Assembly (NCBI GenBank): GCA_964509615.1
Contig: CAZDXZ010000002.1
Coordinates: 1-49,904 of the forward strand
Length of the DNA stretch: 49,904 bases
Source of the DNA: an uncultured Dehalococcoidales bacterium
Lineage (GTDB): Bacteria > Chloroflexota > Dehalococcoidia > GIF9 > UBA5629
Direction of reading: 5' to 3'
Positions 37,392 to 45,554 of the stretch are shown here, piece by piece; within the stretch, counting starts at the first letter, position 1; the number at the start of each line of letters is the position of its first letter. Below the pieces are notes generated by a model. That model was not told the DNA's origin. It worked only from the letters and a program-made list of their open reading frames with translations, and did no database searches. Both the position numbers and the translations under genes were made by a program.

Positions 37392-38612
37392 ATGACAAAA
37401 AAACTAATTACCGGCATCGATGTGGGTACAACCAAGATCTGCACCATAGTTGCTACCCTTGATTCAGGGGGTGCTCTTCAGGTGCTCGGTGTCGGACAGG
37501 TACCGTCCCACGGCCTTCATAAAGGCATGGTGGTCAATGTCGAGGAGGCCAGGGACTCCGTAGCCGAATCGGTTAAACGCGCTGAACAGGCCAGCGGCGT
37601 CAAGATTGAATCGGCGTACATCGGTGTCACAGGCCGTCACATCAGTTCGGTCAACAGCCACGGTGTGGTTGCCATACCGCGCACCGACAGGTTGGTGAGG
37701 TCGGACGATCTGTCACGCGTGCTGTCTGCGGCCAAGAACATGAACATACCGGACGACAGGAAGATCCTGCACCAGATACCCCGCGGCTACAGCCTGGATA
37801 CCCAGGAGAAGATCAAGAACCCGGTGGGCATGCATGGATTCCGGCTGGATGTTGAAACGCACATAATCACCGCGTCCACGGCATCCGTTCAGAATCTGGT
37901 CAAATGCGTGCGCAGCGTGGGAGTCGAGATCGATGACCTGGTACTTGAGCCGCTGGCCAGCGGCGAGTCCGTGCTGACCCCCGAAGAAAAAGAGATCGGC
38001 GTCATCATGGCCGACATCGGTGGCGGCACGACGGATATCGCCGTATTCAAGGACGGCAGTATCTTTCACACATCCATCATCCCGGTGGCAGGCTATCAGT
38101 TCACCAGCGACCTCTCCATCGGTCTGGGGCTGCCCTTCGAGATCGCGGAAGCGATGAAGAAGAAGTACGGCAACGTTTATCCCGAGACCGGTTCCAAGGA
38201 CGAGGGGTCCACTCTGACGGTGGAAGACGGGCACAGCGTTTCCTACAAAGACCTCAGCAATATCTTGAGGGACCGCATGGAAGAGCTGCTCAGGCTGATA
38301 CTTCTGGAGATGCCAGATACCAGCTACGCCTCTCTTGCTCCCGCAGGCCTGGTAATGACCGGCGGCGGATCCAAGATGAACGGGCTTGAGGCTCTGGCCC
38401 GCGCCACCATACGCATACCTACCAGGATCGGCGAACCGATGGGTGTCTACGGCATTACCGATGTTCTGCATGACCCGGCAAACGCCACCGGCGTAGGTCT
38501 GCTGCTCTGGGCTATTAAAACAGGCGGCAAACCTACCTGGGAGGCGAAGCCCAAGCAGGCAGGCTCGGTGAACAATGTCATGGGTATGCTCAAGAAATTC
38601 TTCGGCGCATAA
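37392..38612 (+). CDS. ftsA: cell division protein FtsA
   Basis: Actin-like GIDVGTTKI, DIGGGTTDIAVF, MTGGGSKMNGL motifs. Immediately upstream of ftsZ. Confidence 0.9.
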   Translation: MTKKLITGIDVGTTKICTIVATLDSGGALQVLGVGQVPSHGLHKGMVVNVEEARDSVAESVKRAEQASGVKIESAYIGVTGRHISSVNSHGVVAIPRTDRLVRSDDLSRVLSAAKNMNIPDDRKILHQIPRGYSLDTQEKIKNPVGMHGFRLDVETHIITASTASVQNLVKCVRSVGVEIDDLVLEPLASGESVLTPEEKEIGVIMADIGGGTTDIAVFKDGSIFHTSIIPVAGYQFTSDLSIGLGLPFEIAEAMKKKYGNVYPETGSKDEGSTLTVEDGHSVSYKDLSNILRDRMEELLRLILLEMPDTSYASLAPAGLVMTGGGSKMNGLEALARATIRIPTRIGEPMGVYGITDVLHDPANATGVGLLLWAIKTGGKPTWEAKPKQAGSVNNVMGMLKKFFGA

Positions 38613-38648
38613 ATTAAATTTTGGAAATTGCAGGAGGTTAATTAAAGA

Positions 38649-39761
38649 ATGTCAAAATCAATGTTCTCGACCGCACCGGCCAAGATAAAGGCCATCGGCT
38701 GCGGTGGTGGCGGATCCAATGCCATCACCCGCATGGTACGCGAAGGCATCAAGGGCGTGGAATTCATCTGCATGAACACCGATGCCCAGGCCCTGGCACT
38801 GGCTGAAGTACCGGTCCGTGTCCAGCTCGGCGAAAAACTGACCCGCGGCCTCGGCGCCGGCGGTGACCACAACGTCGGACGCAAATCAGCCGAGGAAAGC
38901 CGCCAGGCCATCCAGGAAGTGGTGGCGGGCGCAGACATGGTATTCATCACCGCCGGCATGGGAGGGGGCACCGGCACCGGCAGCATACCTGTCGTAGCCG
39001 AAACAGCCAGGTCCTCAGGCGCACTGACCATTGCCATCGTCACCAAACCCTTCTCATTCGAAGGCGGACGCCGCATGAAGGTCGCCGAGGAAGGCATACT
39101 CCAGCTGTGCGACAAGGTCGACACCCTGGTAATCATCCCCAACGATCGCATAGTCGAACTCTGCGACAACAAGACCACCGTGGACAATGCCTTCAGGCTG
39201 GCAGACGATGTGCTGCGCCTGGGCGTGCAGGCCATCGCCGAGGTTGTTACCGTACCCGGCCTGATCAACCTGGACTTTGCTGACATCAGGGCTATCATGA
39301 AGAACTCCGGCCCCGCCTGGATGTCGGTCGGCCATGGCAAGGGCACAAACAGGGCTGTAGAAGCTGCCAAGAATGCCCTGGCGAGCCCTATGCTGGATGT
39401 GTCCATCAGCGGTGCCAAGGGCGTGCTGTTCAATGTAACCGGCGGCAGCAACCTGACCCTGTTTGAGTGTAACGAAGCCGCAGACGTCATTGCACAGTCA
39501 GTCGACCCCGATGCCAACATCATTTTCGGCGTCGTATTCAACCCCCAGATGGAGGACGAGGTCCAGATAACCATCATAGCCACAGGCTTCACCGCGCAAT
39601 ATGGTTCTGGCGTACCTACCGAGGTCGAATTGCGCAGACTGCTGAGAGGAGCAACTGAAGACAGCCTTGATGTTCCTTCATTCTTGAGGAGAGGCTCGCG
39701 TTATCCCAATGCGCAGGCGGCTGCCCCTCAACCGGCAGGCATCAACAGGATGCAGCGCTGA
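38649..39761 (+). CDS. ftsZ: cell division GTPase FtsZ
   Basis: IGCGGGGSNA, GMGGGTGTGS tubulin signature, FEGGRR, NLDFADI. C-terminal DVPSFLRR peptide. Confidence 0.97.
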   Translation: MSKSMFSTAPAKIKAIGCGGGGSNAITRMVREGIKGVEFICMNTDAQALALAEVPVRVQLGEKLTRGLGAGGDHNVGRKSAEESRQAIQEVVAGADMVFITAGMGGGTGTGSIPVVAETARSSGALTIAIVTKPFSFEGGRRMKVAEEGILQLCDKVDTLVIIPNDRIVELCDNKTTVDNAFRLADDVLRLGVQAIAEVVTVPGLINLDFADIRAIMKNSGPAWMSVGHGKGTNRAVEAAKNALASPMLDVSISGAKGVLFNVTGGSNLTLFECNEAADVIAQSVDPDANIIFGVVFNPQMEDEVQITIIATGFTAQYGSGVPTEVELRRLLRGATEDSLDVPSFLRRGSRYPNAQAAAPQPAGINRMQR

Positions 39762-39789
39762 CCTTAACTAGAGAACCATAAGGCCTTAT

Positions 39790-39828
39790 GAACAGGGCGG
39801 AGAAAATTCTCCGCCCTGTTCTATTTAT
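39790..39828 (+). terminator. rho-independent terminator after ftsZ
   Basis: GAACAGGGCGGAGAA / TTCTCCGCCCTGTTC perfect 15-bp stem (39790-39821) followed by TATTTAT. Confidence 0.8.
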
Positions 39829-39848
39829 GTCTCCCAAACCATTGACTC

Positions 39849-39895
39849 TTACTATATGTTGTGTTAGTATCCATTATGACCACATATTGTAGTGT
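39849..39895 (+). promoter_or_regulatory. tandem NrdR boxes upstream of nrdR-nrdJ
   Basis: TTACTATATGTTGTGT (39849-39864) fits the published NrdR consensus acaCwAtATaTwGtgt at most positions. A second, weaker box CCACATATTGTAGTGT (39880-39895) starts 31 nt after the first, which is the characteristic three-turn spacing. Confidence 0.7.
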
Positions 39896-39901
39896 TGATA
39901 G

Positions 39902-40447
39902 ATGAAGTGCCCTTCATGCGGTGAGCCGGAATCCAAGGTAATAGACTCCAGAAGTCTGGGGGATGAGATCAGGCGGCGTCGCGAATGCACCGTTTGCCAG
40001 TCGCGTTTTACTACCTACGAAAGGCTGCAGAACCGGAGCCTGTTTGTAATTAAAAAGGATGGCCGCCGCGAGGAATTCGATCGTGAGAAGCTTTTCTCAG
40101 GTATACGCAAGGCCTGCGAGAAACGTCCCATGCCCACAGGTACCATCGAGAAGCTGGTAGAAACGATCGAGACAGAGCTGTACAGCCTTGGCAGGACGGA
40201 GATATCCAGCTCTCTCATAGGAAAGTACGCCATTACCAAGCTGTCTGAGCTGGATCACATAGCTTATATACGCTTTGCCAGCGTCTATTACGAGTTCTCC
40301 GATATCACAACTCTCAAACAGGCTGTGGATACACTTATCGAGAGCAAGCTCGGCGCTCCGCTGGACGGCCAGCTTCCTCTCATCAACAAAGATGATCTGT
40401 CCAGGCAGAGGCGGCGATCGAGGCTGAAGCAGCAAAATGGTAAATAA
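39902..40447 (+). CDS. nrdR: transcriptional repressor NrdR
   Basis: Zinc ribbon MKCPSCG...CTVCQSRFTTYE and ATP-cone VIKKDGRREEFDREKL. C-terminal basic tail about 25 aa longer than usual. Confidence 0.95.
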   Translation: MKCPSCGEPESKVIDSRSLGDEIRRRRECTVCQSRFTTYERLQNRSLFVIKKDGRREEFDREKLFSGIRKACEKRPMPTGTIEKLVETIETELYSLGRTEISSSLIGKYAITKLSELDHIAYIRFASVYYEFSDITTLKQAVDTLIESKLGAPLDGQLPLINKDDLSRQRRRSRLKQQNGK

Positions 40448-43058
40448 ACAGGTCAAAAATCAGCTTCCAGATTCCGTCAGAAATTTCGTAGCCAGGACGG
40501 TTTTTACCTATACCCAGACCATGGGCATCACCGATAGGCCCGAGCTCGAGGAGCTGACCGAACAAGTAATATCGAGGTTGGAGAAAAGAATGTCTATGGA
40601 TGAACAGACTGCCGCTAATAGGATCGAACCGACCCTTCCGGGCATGGAACACCTGGTTACGCCCGTTGTACCGCCGCTCCCGCAAAAGGAACGCATTGTC
40701 ACCATAGTGAATGAGCTGCTGGCCGAGAAAGCCAGCGCGAAGCCGCCTGCGGAGAAGCAAACCGGTCAACCGCCTCCTGCAGCCCGAGCTGCACAACCCT
40801 CGAAATCAACACCGGTCACCAGGGCGACCCAGGCCGAACTGAAGCTGTCAGATAATGCCATGGTGGTGCTGGAGAAACGCTATCTGATAAAAGACAGCCA
40901 GGGCAATCCCGCCGAGAAAGCCGAGGACCTGTTCAGGAGGGTCAGCAAACACATAGCTTCGGCTGAAGTGATATTCGATAAAAATGCCGATGCTGCTGAA
41001 TGGGAAGACAAGTTTTATCATTTGATGACTTCGCTTGATTTCCTGCCCAATTCACCTACTCTCATGAATGCCGGACGTGAGCTGGGACAGCTATCCGCCT
41101 GCTTCGTCCTTCCCATCGAAGATTCCATGGAATCTATTTTTGATGCCGTTAAATACACGGCTCTGATTCATAAGAGCGGAGGAGGTACCGGATTCTCGTT
41201 TTCACGCCTCAGGCCCAAGCAGGACCGCGTGGGGTCCACCGGAGGAGTAGCCAGCGGACCGGTGTCTTTCATGCGCGCCTTCGATACTGCCACGGACGTG
41301 ATCAAACAGGGTGGGATGAGGCGGGGCGCCAACATGGGTATACTCAACGTAGCCCATCCGGATATACTGGAATTTATCACCTCCAAGGAAGATCCCAAAG
41401 CCTTCACCAACTTCAATATATCGGTGGCGGTTACCGACGATTTCATGCAGGCTGTAGAAGACGATGGAGATTACAGCCTGGTCAATCCCAATAGCGGCGC
41501 CGTTGAAGGGCGGCTGAATGCCCGACAGGTATTCAGCAAGATCATCGATATGGCCTGGAAAACCGGGGATCCCGGCATTATTTTTATTGACAGAGTCAAT
41601 GACTTTAATCCAACTCCCCACCTCGGCAGGATTACCAGCACCAACCCCTGCGGGGAACAACCTCTTCTTCCCTATGAGTCATGCAACCTTGGCTCCATCA
41701 ATCTCTCTCACATGCTGCGTAAATCAAACGGTAAATTTGAAATCGATTATAACAGATTGAGGGAAACGGTCAGACTGGCTGTTCGCTTTCTGGATGATGT
41801 AATCGAGGTTAATCAGTATCCCCTGCCTCAGATCGCCGATATGACTCGCAAGACGCGAAAAATCGGTCTGGGCGTCATGGGCTTCGCTGATATGCTGATC
41901 CAGCTGCGGGTCCCCTATAATTCGGACAAAGCCCTGGAAATAGCGGAAAAAGTCATGCGCTTCATATCCGAGGAATCCACGGCCGAGTCTACCACTCTGG
42001 GCACTTCACGCGGTGTGTTTCCTGCATTCAGCGGAAGCACCTACGACAGCAAAGGAGGACCCAGAGTCAGGAACGCAAACAGGACGACTATCGCACCGAC
42101 CGGCACGCTAAGCATCATTGCTAACTGCTCCAGTGGCATCGAGCCGCTCTTCGCACTCAGCTATTACCGGCACATACTGGACAACCAGAAGCTGATAGAG
42201 ATCAATCCTTATTTCGAGGATATTGCCAGAAAAGAGGGATTTTATTCTCCTGAGCTGATGAAAAAACTGGCTGAGGGCGGCAGCCTGCACGATATGAAGG
42301 AGGTCCCGGGCTGGGTAAAGGAAGTATTCGTGACCTCTCATGAAATTCCACCGGAATGGCACGTGAAAATTCAGGCGGCTTTCCAAAAATACACGGACAG
42401 CGCTGTTTCCAAAACTGTCAATCTTCCTTTTGAGGCCACAGTGGAGGATGTACAGAAAGTCTACATCTCCGCATTCAAATCCGGCCTCAAAGGCATAACT
42501 ATTTACCGGGATAGAAGCCGGGATAGCCAGGTGCTCAACACCGGCCAGAAGGAGAGCCCCAAGCCCAGGGAGGCGGAAGCCGAATTCAGGCCGTCGCCCA
42601 GGCAAAGGCCGAAGATCACCAGGGGCATAACTGAACGTGTTACGACCGGCTGCGGCTATATTTATGTAACGGTCAACTTCGATGACAAAGGTATCTGCGA
42701 AGTATTTTCCAGTCTGGGTAAAGCCGGAGGCTGTGCCTCCGCTCAGCTTGAGGCCACCAGCAGACTGATATCGCTGATACTGCGGTCGGGCATTGAGGTG
42801 TCCTCGGTGATAAAGCAGCTGAGGACTATCAGATGCCCCTCGGTATCCTGGGAGAACGGCCGCGCCATTCTGTCCTGTGCAGATGCAATCGGCAGCGTAC
42901 TTGAGAAATATGTTAAAAAAGAGGATGATAATACATCAGATTATGAAATGAGCCAGCAGGCCAATTATATCGGCCAGTGCCCGGATTGCAGCAACCAGCT
43001 GGTATACCAGGAAGGTTGCCACATATGCCCGAGCTGCGGCTATACTAAATGCGGATGA
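40437..43058 (+). CDS. nrdJ: class II (adenosylcobalamin-dependent) ribonucleotide reductase with a roughly 135-aa N-terminal extension
   Basis: The RNR core starts near LSDNAMVVLEKRYL. Motifs: SACFVLPIEDS, TNPCGEQPLLPYESCNLGSINL active-site loop, C-terminal CPDCSN..CHICPSCG zinc ribbon. No ATP-cone. Start codon uncertain (in-frame Met also at aa 29, 52, 54 and 70). Confidence 0.9.
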   Translation: MVNKQVKNQLPDSVRNFVARTVFTYTQTMGITDRPELEELTEQVISRLEKRMSMDEQTAANRIEPTLPGMEHLVTPVVPPLPQKERIVTIVNELLAEKASAKPPAEKQTGQPPPAARAAQPSKSTPVTRATQAELKLSDNAMVVLEKRYLIKDSQGNPAEKAEDLFRRVSKHIASAEVIFDKNADAAEWEDKFYHLMTSLDFLPNSPTLMNAGRELGQLSACFVLPIEDSMESIFDAVKYTALIHKSGGGTGFSFSRLRPKQDRVGSTGGVASGPVSFMRAFDTATDVIKQGGMRRGANMGILNVAHPDILEFITSKEDPKAFTNFNISVAVTDDFMQAVEDDGDYSLVNPNSGAVEGRLNARQVFSKIIDMAWKTGDPGIIFIDRVNDFNPTPHLGRITSTNPCGEQPLLPYESCNLGSINLSHMLRKSNGKFEIDYNRLRETVRLAVRFLDDVIEVNQYPLPQIADMTRKTRKIGLGVMGFADMLIQLRVPYNSDKALEIAEKVMRFISEESTAESTTLGTSRGVFPAFSGSTYDSKGGPRVRNANRTTIAPTGTLSIIANCSSGIEPLFALSYYRHILDNQKLIEINPYFEDIARKEGFYSPELMKKLAEGGSLHDMKEVPGWVKEVFVTSHEIPPEWHVKIQAAFQKYTDSAVSKTVNLPFEATVEDVQKVYISAFKSGLKGITIYRDRSRDSQVLNTGQKESPKPREAEAEFRPSPRQRPKITRGITERVTTGCGYIYVTVNFDDKGICEVFSSLGKAGGCASAQLEATSRLISLILRSGIEVSSVIKQLRTIRCPSVSWENGRAILSCADAIGSVLEKYVKKEDDNTSDYEMSQQANYIGQCPDCSNQLVYQEGCHICPSCGYTKCG

Positions 43059-43092
43059 TGTAACCTGACAGGACCTGTGAGGTGGGTGATGT

Positions 43093-44514
43093 ATGGATAC
43101 CACTGAGAATCGCTATTCCCTTGCATATAAACAGATAGCCAAGGTTGCCAACGATTCGCTGCCCCTCAACAAGCTGATAAGCTCCATTGCTGCCAGCACC
43201 GCCAAGGGGTTGCGGGCATCGGGCTGCGCAATCATGTTGCTTAACCCGCGCAAGGAATATCTCGATATAATCGGCGCATGGGGATTAAGCGACCTTTACC
43301 TGCGCAAGGGAGCCATCAATGCTCGGAAAAGCTACCCGGATATACTTGACGGCAAGATCGTTGCCGTAGACGACATCTTTTCAGATAAAAGGACTCAATA
43401 CCCCGAGCAGGCCACCCGAGAGCAGTTAATATCATTGCTGGGGGCGCCCATCGTCCAGCACGGCGAGGTGATCGGCGAAATACGGATTTACACCCGGGAA
43501 AAACGACGCTTTAAACCAAACGAGAAGGATTTCATCTCCACGATAGCCAATTTGATTGCATTGATGCTCGAGAAGATCGAGCTTGCCCAGGACCTCAACA
43601 ACCGCCACCAGTCCAATATTGAGCAGCAGAAAAGGCTGACCAGTTTCTCCGTCCTGCCGCTGTCACCCATCCGACCCGTCAATTTCGGGCATCCCAGCGA
43701 AGAGGAGTTCGCACGGCTGCTTGATTTCTATCAGGTGGAATGGTTATACGAGCCGCGCTCATTCCCCCTTGCCACACAGGACAACAGGATAACCGAGATG
43801 TTCACCCCCGATTTCTATCTGCCTGAGATCGATCTGTATATAGAGCTCACCACGTCAAAACAAAGCCTTATTACGGAAAAGAACCGCAAGGTACGCCATT
43901 TAAAGGAGCTTTATCCGGATATAAGCATTAAGCTGTTGAACAAAGGTGACTACCTCAAGTTATTTGCCCGGCACGGGTTCATCCCGCTGGGCGAGAGCAA
44001 GATGAAAGGCGTACAGCGTTATTTGTTCAGCAAGACCCAGATCCAGCGCCGCGTGAAACTGCTGGCGAAGCAGATTTCAAAGGACTATCAGGGACAGGAG
44101 CTGGTCCTCATCGGCATCCTGAAGGGCGTTGTCTGCTTCATGTCCGACCTCATGCTGCATATGTCCATACCGGTCACAGTGGACTTCATGGCCATATCCA
44201 CACCGGCCGATAAGGCCGACCTTTCAGTCAGGATAATGAAGGACCTGGACACTGATATAGCGAACAAGCATGTTATGATGGTGGAGGATATCGTTGACAC
44301 GGGCATGACCCTGAACTATGTGCTCAATAACCTGAATGCCCGAAAACCGGCCAGCCTGAAAGTCTGTACCCTGCTGGATAAACGTGTCCGCCGCTTGATC
44401 GACGTGCCCCTGGATTATGTGGGTTTTGAAGTGCCGGACGAGTTTGTGGTGGGATACGGGCTGGATATGGGCGGAAAATACCGCAATCTACCTTCTATCG
44501 CGATACTGGAATAA
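43093..44514 (+). CDS. hpt: three-domain fusion: GAF sensor domain / PD-(D/E)xK (Vsr-DUF559-like) fold candidate / hypoxanthine-guanine phosphoribosyltransferase
   Basis: aa ~15-165 is GAF-like (ASGCAIMLLN..., LGAPIVQHGEVIGEIRIY). aa ~197-300 contains EWLYEP...FTPDFYLPEIDLYIELTTSK. aa ~305-473 is canonical HPRT (LIGILKGV, HVMMVEDIVDTGMTL PRPP loop, DEFVVGYGLDMGGKYRNLP). Confidence 0.8.
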   Translation: MDTTENRYSLAYKQIAKVANDSLPLNKLISSIAASTAKGLRASGCAIMLLNPRKEYLDIIGAWGLSDLYLRKGAINARKSYPDILDGKIVAVDDIFSDKRTQYPEQATREQLISLLGAPIVQHGEVIGEIRIYTREKRRFKPNEKDFISTIANLIALMLEKIELAQDLNNRHQSNIEQQKRLTSFSVLPLSPIRPVNFGHPSEEEFARLLDFYQVEWLYEPRSFPLATQDNRITEMFTPDFYLPEIDLYIELTTSKQSLITEKNRKVRHLKELYPDISIKLLNKGDYLKLFARHGFIPLGESKMKGVQRYLFSKTQIQRRVKLLAKQISKDYQGQELVLIGILKGVVCFMSDLMLHMSIPVTVDFMAISTPADKADLSVRIMKDLDTDIANKHVMMVEDIVDTGMTLNYVLNNLNARKPASLKVCTLLDKRVRRLIDVPLDYVGFEVPDEFVVGYGLDMGGKYRNLPSIAILE

Positions 44515-44743
44515 CTTCAAAAAATAAAATGCCCCAAGTAACCTCGTTTTCCCGGTTCCTCATCCACCCCCTCTCACCGGCCAGCCTTCGCTCACCATGT
44601 GTTAGGGCCTCTGCCTCCCCGTTCCAACTTTGATTACTTGGGACGTTTATAAAATTAGCACATAACCGCATACATGTCAATACCCCGCTTAAACGTAAAT
44701 AATATTTTTGGGAAAAATTTTTACCGCGTTAATTTTGTCCTAT

Positions 44744-45502
44744 CTACAGTATATGTAATTGCAGTAGCGCATCGATAATATCCTGGCCATAGAAAAGCGA
44801 AAGCATACCCGCCAGTGTTAAAAACATGCCAGACTGCCTGAGCCGGCCCAGCTTTCTGATCCTGAAGGCTACGAGTATAGCAGCGGCCAATCCTCCTGCC
44901 AGAATAGCTATGCCCAGTGCGATCAGGACAACAGGATAACCAACTGACGCACCAATCAATCCCGCCATACCTGCTGCACCGAAGCCAATCAGCTCTTTAT
45001 TGAATATCCTGGGGACAACCCAGACCAGGAAGAATACAGCGAAGCCTGTAGCAAATCCTCCCAGTGCGCTCATCACGTCCGGTGTCGTGCCTGTAACAGG
45101 CTGAAGAGCCGCAAATGCAAGAGCCGCTGCGATACCGGGATAGACGATGACGTGCGGCAGCACTTCCTGTTCCAGGTCAGTAATGAAAAGTATGATTAAA
45201 AAACATCCCATAACAGCAGTTGTCACTGCCTGCCACGACAGTCCGAATAGGATCAATACCAGCATGAACAAAAGCCCGCTGGCCAGTTCAACCAGCATGA
45301 AACGCGCCGGTATCGCATGGCCGCAGTAGCGGCATCTTCCCTTCAGTGAAAGATAGCTGAAGATGGGTATAAGGTCTCGTGCCGTCAACCCGTGGCCGCA
45401 ATTGAAACAGTGCGAAGGCGGATAAAGTATGGATTTGCCGGCAGGAACACGGTCAGCTACGACGTTAATAAAACTTCCGACGCTGATACCGAGTATGAAC
45501 AC
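44744..45502 (-). CDS. pilD: prepilin peptidase (A24 family, PilD-like)
   Basis: GSFINVVADRVP, CFNCGH...CRYCGH zinc-knuckle domain, polytopic C-terminal peptidase domain. The GTG start gives an unusually short first helix, so the true start may be a rare codon a few residues upstream. Confidence 0.85.
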   Translation of the reverse strand: MFILGISVGSFINVVADRVPAGKSILYPPSHCFNCGHGLTARDLIPIFSYLSLKGRCRYCGHAIPARFMLVELASGLLFMLVLILFGLSWQAVTTAVMGCFLIILFITDLEQEVLPHVIVYPGIAAALAFAALQPVTGTTPDVMSALGGFATGFAVFFLVWVVPRIFNKELIGFGAAGMAGLIGASVGYPVVLIALGIAILAGGLAAAILVAFRIRKLGRLRQSGMFLTLAGMLSLFYGQDIIDALLQLHIL

Positions 45503-45554
45503 CAGCGGTAATAGAATTAATTCAATGTTTATTGTGCATGCAGCTCCATTGGTC

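Noticed and set aside
38642-39592. 316-aa minus-strand ORF
   Set aside because: It is antisense to ftsZ, whose identity is unambiguous. The Ser/Thr/Ala/Met-rich translation reflects the complement of FtsZ Gly/Ala/Val codons.
44533-44642. Identification of the inverted-repeat element as SRP (4.5S) or 6S RNA
   Set aside because: It has no GGAA/GNRA-capped domain IV consensus (..GGUCCGGAAGGAAGCAGCC..). The two halves inside the closing helix are both G-rich and cannot form the long hairpin expected of SRP or 6S RNA.
44495-44680. 61-aa minus-strand ORF in the hpt/pilD spacer
   Set aside because: It has no RBS, overlaps the end of hpt, and its composition is driven by the G-rich strand. It is treated as non-coding (see the small-RNA finding).
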